Below, in pieces: positions 8,571-16,502 of a stretch of DNA of 51,411 nt. The notes under the pieces were generated by a model that searched no databases, was not told the origin of the DNA, and saw only the letters and a program-made list of their open reading frames with translations. The first letter of the stretch is position 1, and each line of letters starts with the position of its first letter. The stretch covers positions 1-51,411 of the forward strand of contig CAVFIT010000027.1 of the NCBI GenBank assembly GCA_963622735.1, given 5' to 3'. A program made the translations under genes and the position numbers. The stretch is from Phocaeicola dorei. Its GTDB lineage: Bacteria > Bacillota_I > Bacilli_A > RFN20 > CAG-288.

Positions 8571-9809
8571 ATGAACAATCTAGTAAAATCATATTGTTTA
8601 AAAAAGGATACTTTAGATATGATTACTTCATTAAGTGTTAATACATTATCAAGTGTTAGTTCAATTTCTATAGGAAACTTTTTCTATCTTTTAGGTCAAT
8701 CACCTCTAATTGTAATTACAGTATTACTGGCTTTAGGGGTTGTTTTTATTAATGGATGGACTGATGCTCCTAACGCAGTTGCTACATGTATTTCAACAAA
8801 AGCTATTTCGCCTAAAAAGGCAATTATTATGTCAGCTGTATTTAATTTCATCGGCGTTATGATTTTCTCACTATTTGCAGCTGGTGTTGCTGATACAATT
8901 GCTGGAATTGTAGATTATGGTTCTTTCCAAGCTGGAGATGCTAGTTCAATATCAAATGCTAAAAACGCGTTAGTCGGTTTATCTGCTGGTATGATTGGTG
9001 TTGTTGCTTGGGGAATTCTAGCTTGGGCAGTTGGTGTTCCTTCATCTGAATCTCACGCATTAATTGCTGGTTTAACTGGATCTTGTTTTGCATTAATCGT
9101 AATGGGAAAAACAGCTACTCCAGGTGGACAAGCATGGGCTGAAGTAGGTATAGGATTTGTAATTTCAAGTGTAGTAGGGTTAGTCTTAGGATTTTTAGTT
9201 ACTCGCTTAATTGAAAAGATTTGTTATAAAATGACAAGAAGCAAGACTACTAAGTTCTTTAAGTGGGCTCAAATTACTTCTGCTGCAGGTATGTCACTTG
9301 CTCATGGCGCTCAAGATGGATTAAAGTTTGTTGGTGTTATTTATCTTTGTTTATATTTAGGAACTATCGCATTTCCTAATTCAAATATAGGTACACTAGT
9401 TAATCCTAATACAGAAGGTTTTTCTTTAAATTTTATTAATGCACCTGCATTTTTATGGTTACCTATATTAGTTTCATTAGTTATGGGTATTGGTACAAGT
9501 ATTGGTGGATATAGAATTATTAAAAAAGTCGGTATGGGTATGGTAGATTTACAACCTTATCAAGGATTTGCTACTGATATATCTGCTTTTATTGCTTTAA
9601 TGGTTTCTTCTTTATTTGGTTGGCCAGTTTCAACTTCTCAAGTTAAAACATGTTCTATTATTGGTGTTGGTTTAACTAGAGGTGTAAAAGCAGTTAACTG
9701 GAAAATCGCTTTAGATATGGTATTAACGTGGGTGTTTACTTTCCCAGGTTGTATATTGATTGGTTTTGTTATGACGTATTTGCTATTTGCTATACCAGGT
9801 ATTTGTTAA
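8571..9809 (+). CDS. pit: Inorganic phosphate transporter, PiT family
   Basis: Polytopic; GWTDAPNAVATCISTKA and AHGAQDG motifs. The real start may be ATG 8619 (Met17). Confidence 0.85.
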   Translation: MNNLVKSYCLKKDTLDMITSLSVNTLSSVSSISIGNFFYLLGQSPLIVITVLLALGVVFINGWTDAPNAVATCISTKAISPKKAIIMSAVFNFIGVMIFSLFAAGVADTIAGIVDYGSFQAGDASSISNAKNALVGLSAGMIGVVAWGILAWAVGVPSSESHALIAGLTGSCFALIVMGKTATPGGQAWAEVGIGFVISSVVGLVLGFLVTRLIEKICYKMTRSKTTKFFKWAQITSAAGMSLAHGAQDGLKFVGVIYLCLYLGTIAFPNSNIGTLVNPNTEGFSLNFINAPAFLWLPILVSLVMGIGTSIGGYRIIKKVGMGMVDLQPYQGFATDISAFIALMVSSLFGWPVSTSQVKTCSIIGVGLTRGVKAVNWKIALDMVLTWVFTFPGCILIGFVMTYLLFAIPGIC

Positions 9810-9823
9810 GGAGGATATAGGTT

Positions 9824-10462
9824 ATGTCAATATTTAAAAAGAAAACAAATTATTTCTTTGAACAATTTGTGATTGTTGGAGATTTTTCTTTAAAAGCAGT
9901 TGAAACATTGAAAAATGGTTTAGAGAATTTTAAAAGTGAAAATTCTTTACAATTAAAAAATGATGTCCACGCTATTGAGCATCATGCTGATTTAGTTAAA
10001 CATGAAGTTGAAGAAAGATTAGCAAAAGAATTTATAACCCCTATTGATAGAGAAGATATTTTCTTATTATTAAATAACATTGATGATTTAACTGATTCTA
10101 TTGATGAAATTTCTTATAAACTTTATATGAGAAACTACGAAAAATTACCTGAACATACTACTGAATTTTTACAAAAAAGCTACGATGCTATTGTCGCAGT
10201 TAATGAAGTATTAAAAGCATTAACTAAATCTTTTAATGATAAAAATACATTGGATCCTTTAATTGAAAAGGTTAAATCTATTGAAGAAGATGCTGATCAT
10301 TTATATGAAGAACATGTTCACGCATTATATTCTTCTGATTCTAAATTATCTTATAGAGATATTGTTTTAATTGAAAAAGTATATTCTATGTTTGAATATG
10401 TTACCGATAAATGTAGAGATATTACTAGAACAGTATCTATTATCATGTACAAGAATATGTAA
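9824..10462 (+). CDS. DUF47 / PhoU-like Pit accessory protein
   Basis: 212 aa helical protein directly after pit. Typical DUF47 pattern (HxIEHxADxxxHEV..., PIDREDI, second EEDADHLYEE repeat). Confidence 0.8.
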   Translation: MSIFKKKTNYFFEQFVIVGDFSLKAVETLKNGLENFKSENSLQLKNDVHAIEHHADLVKHEVEERLAKEFITPIDREDIFLLLNNIDDLTDSIDEISYKLYMRNYEKLPEHTTEFLQKSYDAIVAVNEVLKALTKSFNDKNTLDPLIEKVKSIEEDADHLYEEHVHALYSSDSKLSYRDIVLIEKVYSMFEYVTDKCRDITRTVSIIMYKNM

Positions 10463-10463
10463 A

Positions 10464-10489
10464 AATGGTTGAAAAAAACCATTTTTTTT
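10464..10489 (+). terminator. Rho-independent terminator
   Basis: AATGGTT / GAAAAA / AACCATT followed by a T-run. Confidence 0.75.
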
Positions 10490-10502
10490 GTTAAAGTTTA
10501 TT

Positions 10503-10600
10503 TTTGAATGAGGGAGTAGGTTGCTTCTAAAAGTGACATGCCAACATACTGGATGATCTAAAGTCCTGGTTTGTCTTAAAATCCGAGACTCATGATGTGG
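10503..10600 (+). promoter_or_regulatory. yybP-ykoY (Mn2+) riboswitch
   Basis: Conserved GAGGGAGTAG (L1-like) and GTGACAT (L3-like) boxes. P1 candidate ATGAG (10508-10512) / CTCAT (10589-10593), the latter preceded by GAGAC. Sits directly upstream of mntP. Confidence 0.8.
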
Positions 10601-10611
10601 GTTTTTGAGTT

Positions 10612-11205
10612 ATGGATTTTTTAAATATTTTTCTTGTCTCACTTTCAATGAGTGTAGACGCTATGACAGTTAATGCAACTAACGGTATTAAAAACGAGAA
10701 CATAAAAAAATACAAGCTTGTTTTAATTGGCTTAGTTTTTGGTGTGTTTCAGTTTGTTATGCCTTTAATAGGTTATTTTATAGCCTATGCTTTTAGGCAA
10801 TATTTAGATAATATTAAGACTGCTATTCCTTGGATTGCTTTTGCTTTGTTAATGTTTTTAGCTATTAATTCGTTTGTTGAATTTATTAAAGAAAGAAAAG
10901 CTAAAGATGATGAATTAACTCCTAAAGATGGTGATAAGATTTCTTTATGGACAATATTTACTCAAGCTATTGCTACAAGTATTGACGCGTTATGTATTGG
11001 TTTTGTTTATTGTACATCTACTATTCCTGATGCTTTAATTATATTTACTTGTATAGGTGTGACTACATTTATATTATCTGCTTTAACTGGATTATTTGCT
11101 AATAAGCTAGCTGGTATACTTGAAAAGTGGGCTTCTTTAATTGCTAGTATTGTATTTGTGATTGTAGCTATTAAGATTTTGCTTGAAGGTTTAGGAATTA
11201 TTTAA
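10612..11205 (+). CDS. mntP: Manganese efflux pump MntP
   Basis: 197 aa, 6 TM; duplicated motifs LSMSVDAMTV and ATSIDALCIG; preceded by the Mn riboswitch. Confidence 0.85.
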   Translation: MDFLNIFLVSLSMSVDAMTVNATNGIKNENIKKYKLVLIGLVFGVFQFVMPLIGYFIAYAFRQYLDNIKTAIPWIAFALLMFLAINSFVEFIKERKAKDDELTPKDGDKISLWTIFTQAIATSIDALCIGFVYCTSTIPDALIIFTCIGVTTFILSALTGLFANKLAGILEKWASLIASIVFVIVAIKILLEGLGII

Positions 11206-11212
11206 TTGTAGA

Positions 11213-11241
11213 CTATTTGATTAATTTCAAATAGTTTTTTT
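11213..11241 (+). terminator. Rho-independent terminator
   Basis: CTATTTGA / TTAATT / TCAAATAG followed by T7. Confidence 0.8.
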
Positions 11242-11310
11242 AAAAACAAATTTACTCCACAAATAATATAATTTTAGTAAAAGTGGAGTATAACATTAAT
11301 AGGTGATGTT

Positions 11311-11613
11311 ATGAATATTTTGGATGATGTATTATATAAAGAAAAACAAAGAAATATCAAAATGTAAGAACAATATAATCAGTTAATATCTAATATGCCG
11401 TTAGGATGTGTAATAATTAAAAAAATAGGTAACAATGAATATTGTTATTTACACTATAAAGAAAACGGCAAAACAAAAAATAAATATTATGGCGATATTT
11501 CAAAATATCAAGATTTAAAAAATGAAATTGATAAAAGAAAACACTATGAAAAAATGTTAAATATTCTAAAAAAAGAATATGTCAGAATAGAAAGGATGGA
11601 AAAAATTAAATGA
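11311..11613 (+). pseudogene. About 100-codon small charged protein gene interrupted by an in-frame TAA (11365-11367); the ORF-track piece is 11395..11613
   Basis: A good RBS (AGGTGA) precedes ATG 11311. Reading MNILDDVLYKEKQRNIKM*EQYNQLISNMPLGC... stays in one frame. There is no RBS before ATG 11395. Confidence 0.55.
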
Positions 11614-12098
11614 AATTATATTATGGGATAGATTTAATTGTCGATAATCCTAAAATAATCAGTGCAAATAGACCTTTAGATTTTGGCGATGGCTTTTATT
11701 TGACTACAAGTTATGAACAAGCTAAAAAATGGGCTTTAAGGGTTAAAACAAGAAATAATTCTAATGCTTGTTATGTGAATTTATATACAATCGATTTAGA
11801 TAAATGTTTAAATGAATTAACAGTGACTAAGTTTGATTTAGCTAATAAAGATTGGTTGGAGTTTGTTTGTAATAATAGAAAAGGAATTATTAGTTCATCT
11901 TATTATGATATGGCTATTGGACCAGTAGCTGATGATAGTGTATATTCACTAATTACTAGGTATGAAAATGGTATATATGATTTACAAGAAACGTTAAAAA
12001 GATTAAAAGTAGAAATACTTAAAGATCAAATATTGTTTCATACTGAAAAGTCACTTAAATATTTAACCTTTGAAGGAGTAGAAGAAATTTATGACTAG
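11610..12098 (+). CDS. DUF3990 domain protein
   Basis: 162 aa; N-terminal LYYG...PLDFGDGFYLTTSYEQAKKWA pattern recalled for DUF3990; ATGA overlap with the upstream gene. Confidence 0.7.
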   Translation: MKLYYGIDLIVDNPKIISANRPLDFGDGFYLTTSYEQAKKWALRVKTRNNSNACYVNLYTIDLDKCLNELTVTKFDLANKDWLEFVCNNRKGIISSSYYDMAIGPVADDSVYSLITRYENGIYDLQETLKRLKVEILKDQILFHTEKSLKYLTFEGVEEIYD

Positions 12099-12327
12099 AA
12101 AAGATTTTGAAGATTTGTTAACTATAATAGTTACTAATACTGTATCAATAATAATTAAACAGACAAAATGGGATGAAGAATACGCTTTAAATAGATTTAT
12201 AAAATCAAAAGTTTATAAAAATTTAGAAAAAGAAGACACAAAAGTGTGGCATTTAAGCCCTTTGATGCTTGCTAGATTATTTCAAGAAGAAAGAGAGGGA
12301 AATTTAGTATGGCCACAAATAATGTAG
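12091..12327 (+). CDS. DUF3791-like small helical protein
   Basis: 78 aa; 8-nt overlap with the DUF3990 gene. This is the typical companion position, and the sequence assignment is from memory only. Confidence 0.55.
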   Translation: MTRKDFEDLLTIIVTNTVSIIIKQTKWDEEYALNRFIKSKVYKNLEKEDTKVWHLSPLMLARLFQEEREGNLVWPQIM

Positions 12328-12533
12328 TTAGTAAAACATTAGAATTTAAGGTATATTGTTTTGAAGCGTATAAAAATAAATATGGATTAACTGGACAAGA
12401 ATGTTTAAATATTTTTAATAAATATAAAGTGTTCAATTATTTAAATGATTTTTATGATGTATTACACACTACATCTAATGAATATGTATTAGATGATATT
12501 GATATTTATATTAACGCACGTAAAGAAAAATAA
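12309..12533 (+). CDS. DUF3791 domain protein
   Basis: 74 aa; FKVYCFEAYKNKYGLTGQECLNIFNKYKVFNYLNDFYDVLHTTSNEYVLDDIDIYI matches the recalled DUF3791 pattern. Confidence 0.7.
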   Translation: MATNNVVSKTLEFKVYCFEAYKNKYGLTGQECLNIFNKYKVFNYLNDFYDVLHTTSNEYVLDDIDIYINARKEK

Positions 12534-12537
12534 TTTT

Positions 12538-12563
12538 AGAGTCATTTATTATGGCTCTTTTTA
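12538..12563 (+). terminator. Rho-independent terminator
   Basis: AGAGTCAT / TTATT / ATGGCTCT (one G-U pair) followed by TTTT. Confidence 0.65.
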
Positions 12564-12649
12564 TATTATTAGAGGATTTATTATGAAAAAAAATGATAAA
12601 AACGATAATAATCATCAAATTTATAATAACTATGATGAAGATTAATTTA

Positions 12650-12686
12650 TGAAAGCGTTTAACTTTATTTTATTTAATAGTATAAT
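12650..12686 (+). promoter_or_regulatory. cre/LacI-type operator-like site overlapping a candidate promoter
   Basis: TGAAAGCGTTTAAC (12650-12663) overlaps the -35 TTTAAC (12658-12663); 17-nt spacer; -10 TATAAT (12681-12686). Confidence 0.4.
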
Positions 12687-12710
12687 AATACTTGTAATAG
12701 AGGATTAATT

Positions 12711-13589
12711 ATGCAATTTAGATTAATGTATCCAGGATTTAAGCCTAAAGCTTTTACTGTTAGTTATGATGATGGAATTATCCAAGATGTTAAATTAGTT
12801 GAAATATTGAATAAATATTCAATTAAGGGAACGTTTAATCTTAATAGTGGATTACAAGGACAAGAAAAGTTTAGAGATGGACTTTATCAAGATCATATTG
12901 ATTGTCATGTAATGAATTTTAAAGATTATCCTCATTTATATGATAATTTTGAAATTGCCTGTCATACTTATTCTCATCCTCATTTAGAAGATATTTCTTT
13001 TTCTAAACAAGAAGAAGAAATTAAAAAGAATATAGAATATTTAAATAAAGAATTTAATAGGAAAGTTCAAGGATTTGCATATCCTTATGGAACTTATAAT
13101 AAAGATAGTCTAGATGTATTAAATAAACTTGGTATTAAATACGCTAGAACAACTAAATCCACATATAGCTTTAATAGACCATATAATTTCTTATTATGGC
13201 ATCCTACTATTCATCATAGAGATCCTCATTTATTTGAGGTATTGGATAATTTCTTTCACAGTTATGATGAACTAGGAGTCTTCTATTTATGGGGACATGG
13301 TTATGAATTCGCCTTAGATGATAACTTTGATTTAATTGAAAGGGTTAGTAAAGTTATTTCTTCTCATAAGGAAGTGTTCTTAGCTACAAATTTAGAAATA
13401 TGTGATTATATTAAAGCAGCTGAGATGGTTTATTTTAGAAAGACGTCAAGTGGATATGATAATAATCAAGAAGAAGGTTATTTTTTTAATCCATCTTCTA
13501 TAGATGTTTATTTAATTACTCCTCAAGGCAAAAAACTAGTCGTGCATCCATTAGAAAGGTTACAATATCATGAACAAAAACAAATTTAA
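12711..13589 (+). CDS. Polysaccharide deacetylase (NodB homology / CE4-like), cytoplasmic
   Basis: NodB motifs FTVSYDDG and HTYSHPH; no signal peptide. Confidence 0.75.
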   Translation: MQFRLMYPGFKPKAFTVSYDDGIIQDVKLVEILNKYSIKGTFNLNSGLQGQEKFRDGLYQDHIDCHVMNFKDYPHLYDNFEIACHTYSHPHLEDISFSKQEEEIKKNIEYLNKEFNRKVQGFAYPYGTYNKDSLDVLNKLGIKYARTTKSTYSFNRPYNFLLWHPTIHHRDPHLFEVLDNFFHSYDELGVFYLWGHGYEFALDDNFDLIERVSKVISSHKEVFLATNLEICDYIKAAEMVYFRKTSSGYDNNQEEGYFFNPSSIDVYLITPQGKKLVVHPLERLQYHEQKQI

Positions 13590-14583
13590 TGACAAAATCG
13601 TATCACTTGGAGAAATTATGCTAAGATTAACTCCTCCTGATTACACAAGAATTGAACACGCTAATTCTTATTTAGCAAATTATGGAGGTGGGGAAGCTAA
13701 CGTTATTGTTTCTTTATCTCATTTAGGACATAATTGTCACTTTATTACTAGATTACCACCTAATCAATTAGGGGATGGAGCTGTTGAACACTTATTAGCC
13801 CATGGAGTAAAGACAGATTATATAGTAAGAGGTTCTTCTATTATGGGTATTTATTTCCTTGAATCAGGATTTGGTGGAAGACCAGGTAGAGTTATTTATA
13901 ATAGAAAACACTCCGCATTTACTAGAATTACTGCTAGTGAATTAGATTTAGATGAAATATTCCATGATGCTACATGGTTCCATATTTCTGGTATTACTTT
14001 AGCTTTAGGTGAAAAAGCAAGAAGTGTCGCTTTAGAATGTTTAAAGTATTGTAAAAAATACGGCGTTAAGGTTTCATTTGACTTTAACTATAGAGCAACA
14101 TTATGGTCAGTTGAAGATGCTAGAAAAGTCTATCCTTTAGTTATGCCTTATGTAAATGTTGTATTTGCCTCTCCATATGACTTTAGAGAAATATTACAAA
14201 TTGGACAAGATTTAAATGATGATGATTTAATGCGTTTAGCTATTAAAACCTATAATCTTGATTGGATCTTTGGTAAAACAAGAAAGATTTTCTCTTCTAC
14301 AGAAAATGCAATGAGAGCTTATGTATATTGTGCAAATGGTGGATATTATGCTACAGAAGAATATACATTCCAAATTTTTGATAGAATAGGGGCAGGGGAT
14401 GCTTTTGCTAGTGGAGTTATTCATGGTCTTATTTCTAGACCTAAAGATTCTAAGTTTGCAGCTAACTTTGGTATTATTAATTCAATTTTAAAGCAAACAA
14501 TATTTGGAGATGTTTCTACATTTGGTGAACAAGAAATCTTAGAATATATGGAAACACAAGGGAAAGCAGAGGTAAAAAGATAA
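13570..14583 (+). CDS. kdgK: 2-dehydro-3-deoxygluconokinase (PfkB family), copy 1
   Basis: SLGEIMLRL...YGGGEANV...DRIGAGDAFASG; paralog of 37188..38213. Confidence 0.8.
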   Translation: MNKNKFNDKIVSLGEIMLRLTPPDYTRIEHANSYLANYGGGEANVIVSLSHLGHNCHFITRLPPNQLGDGAVEHLLAHGVKTDYIVRGSSIMGIYFLESGFGGRPGRVIYNRKHSAFTRITASELDLDEIFHDATWFHISGITLALGEKARSVALECLKYCKKYGVKVSFDFNYRATLWSVEDARKVYPLVMPYVNVVFASPYDFREILQIGQDLNDDDLMRLAIKTYNLDWIFGKTRKIFSSTENAMRAYVYCANGGYYATEEYTFQIFDRIGAGDAFASGVIHGLISRPKDSKFAANFGIINSILKQTIFGDVSTFGEQEILEYMETQGKAEVKR

Positions 14584-14584
14584 A

Positions 14585-15259
14585 ATGAAAATTATTGGTA
14601 TTGGTGATTCTATAATGGCTTTTTACGATTCTAGTGAATATCCTCAAACTGGTTGGTTACAAATGCTAGATCGTTATATGATTGATCCTAAAAAAGTTAT
14701 TATCCATGATTATGCTTTAAAAGGACGTTCTACAAAATCATTTGTTGATGAAGGTCAATATAAATTAGCCTTAGATGATGTAAAAAAAGGCGATTATGTA
14801 TTTATTAGTTTTGGTCATAATGATGAAAAAGAATTTGATCCAAGTAGATATTGTCCTGCCTATGGTTCTTATCAAGAAAACTTAGCTATGTTTTATAAAG
14901 ATGTAGTATCTAAAGGTGCAACACCAGTATTTTTCTCGTCTGTTGAAAGAATGTTATATGATCAAAAAGGTGTATTAACTCATTCTCATGGTGATTATAT
15001 TAAAGCTATGGAAGATATCTGTAAAAAAATAGGTGCTATTTATATTGATTTAAATAAATTAACATATGATTTTTATAATAAACACACATTTGAAGGCAAT
15101 AGAAAATATATCATGACTTTATTACCTGGAGAATACGCAAATTTCCCAGATGGAAATAAAGACACAACTCATTTAACAGTTACTGGTGCTATGAATATTT
15201 GTAGACTATTAGTACCTGAGTTAAAGAAAATTAAAGGCTTAGATAAACTATTTAAATAA
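14585..15259 (+). CDS. SGNH/GDSL hydrolase, rhamnogalacturonan acetylesterase-like (CE12)
   Basis: Blocks GIGDSIM, GRSTKSF, GHNDE and DTTHLT; no signal peptide. Confidence 0.7.
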   Translation: MKIIGIGDSIMAFYDSSEYPQTGWLQMLDRYMIDPKKVIIHDYALKGRSTKSFVDEGQYKLALDDVKKGDYVFISFGHNDEKEFDPSRYCPAYGSYQENLAMFYKDVVSKGATPVFFSSVERMLYDQKGVLTHSHGDYIKAMEDICKKIGAIYIDLNKLTYDFYNKHTFEGNRKYIMTLLPGEYANFPDGNKDTTHLTVTGAMNICRLLVPELKKIKGLDKLFK

Positions 15260-15337
15260 TTTCTTGTGCTTAGTGCATAATAATTATTTTGTTATTTGTA
15301 ATATCATAAGTTAGTAGGAATAGAAAGAGAGAAAACT

Positions 15338-16501
15338 ATGGGATTAGAATTAAGAGATATAGTTAAAATTTATGATAATGGTTTCCAAGCTGTTACAGAT
15401 TTTAACCTTTCAATTAAAGACAAAGAATTCATAATTTTTGTTGGTCCTTCTGGATGTGGTAAATCAACAACATTAAGAATGATTGCTGGTCTTGAAACAA
15501 TTACAAAAGGTATATTTGATATTGATGGTAAAGTAGTAAATGATTTATCACCTAAAGATCGTGGTATCGCAATGGTCTTCCAATCATATGCTTTATACCC
15601 AAACTTAACAGTTTATGAAAATATGGCCTTTGGTCTTGAACTTGCTGGTTTTGATGAAGATGTTATTGAACAAAGAGTTAAAGAAGCCGCTGAAATTTTA
15701 AATTTAACAGCTTATTTAGATAGAAAGCCTAGAGCTTTATCTGGTGGTCAAAGACAAAGAGTCGCTTTAGGTAGAGCTATTATTAGACATGCTAAGATTT
15801 TCTTAATGGATGAACCTTTATCTAACCTTGATGCTAAATTAAGAGTTGAAATGCGTTCTGAATTAATTAAGATTCATAGACAAGTTGGTGCTACAACAAT
15901 CTATGTTACTCATGACCAAATCGAAGCTATGACAATGGCTGATAGAATCGTTGTTATGAACTTAGGTAGAATTCAACAAGTTGGTACACCTAAAGAATTA
16001 TATTTCCATCCTCAAAACTTATTCGTCGCAGGATTTATTGGTGACCCTCCAATGAATTTCATCAACGGACATTTAGATGGTAATAATTTTGTAAGTGATG
16101 ATGGTGTATTAACACTTGATATTTCTAACCAAGGTGAATATTACTTAAAATCATTAGAAGGTAAGAGATTAGTATTTGCTTATAGACCTGAACATGTTAA
16201 ATATGAAATAGGTACACCTAAAGCAGATTTCTATAAATTATCTGGTAAAGTCGAAGTTAGTGAAATGCTTGGTGATATTCAAAACGTTTATGTTAATATC
16301 GGTGCAGCTAAATCTGTATTAAAAGCAACTCCTAGCCAAACATTTGCAATTGATTCTAATGTTGAATATTATGTTGATAAACATGATGTTAGATTCTTTG
16401 ATGCTGACACAGAAAATGTTATCACAAATGAAGAATTAGAATATGGTAAAGCTGATTTAGGTAATCCAAAAGCTAAAAAAGTAGAAAAAATAGATAAATA
16501 A
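15338..16501 (+). CDS. Sugar-type ABC transporter ATP-binding protein (MsmK/UgpC/MalK-like), with no cognate permease adjacent
   Basis: Walker A GPSGCGKST, LSGGQRQR, Walker B FLMDEPLSNLD, and a MalK-type C-terminal domain. Confidence 0.9.
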   Translation: MGLELRDIVKIYDNGFQAVTDFNLSIKDKEFIIFVGPSGCGKSTTLRMIAGLETITKGIFDIDGKVVNDLSPKDRGIAMVFQSYALYPNLTVYENMAFGLELAGFDEDVIEQRVKEAAEILNLTAYLDRKPRALSGGQRQRVALGRAIIRHAKIFLMDEPLSNLDAKLRVEMRSELIKIHRQVGATTIYVTHDQIEAMTMADRIVVMNLGRIQQVGTPKELYFHPQNLFVAGFIGDPPMNFINGHLDGNNFVSDDGVLTLDISNQGEYYLKSLEGKRLVFAYRPEHVKYEIGTPKADFYKLSGKVEVSEMLGDIQNVYVNIGAAKSVLKATPSQTFAIDSNVEYYVDKHDVRFFDADTENVITNEELEYGKADLGNPKAKKVEKIDK

Positions 16502-16502
16502 T

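Noticed and set aside
12583-12645. 20-codon ORF MKKNDKNDNNHQIYNNYDED with an AGAGGA RBS upstream of the pectin locus (leader peptide?)
   Set aside because: It is very short and low-complexity, with no attenuator structure linked to it. It cannot be supported from sequence alone.
14236-14424. Antisense or alternate-frame ORFs nested inside well-supported genes: 14236-14424, 21330-21593, 23870-24064, 24138-24362, 29758-30108, 36591-36827, 36794-36985, 37496-37732, 38734-38919 and 39960-40160
   Set aside because: Each lies wholly within a longer ORF that has strong family motifs. Their translations are low-complexity and lack RBS support, as expected for chance ORFs.
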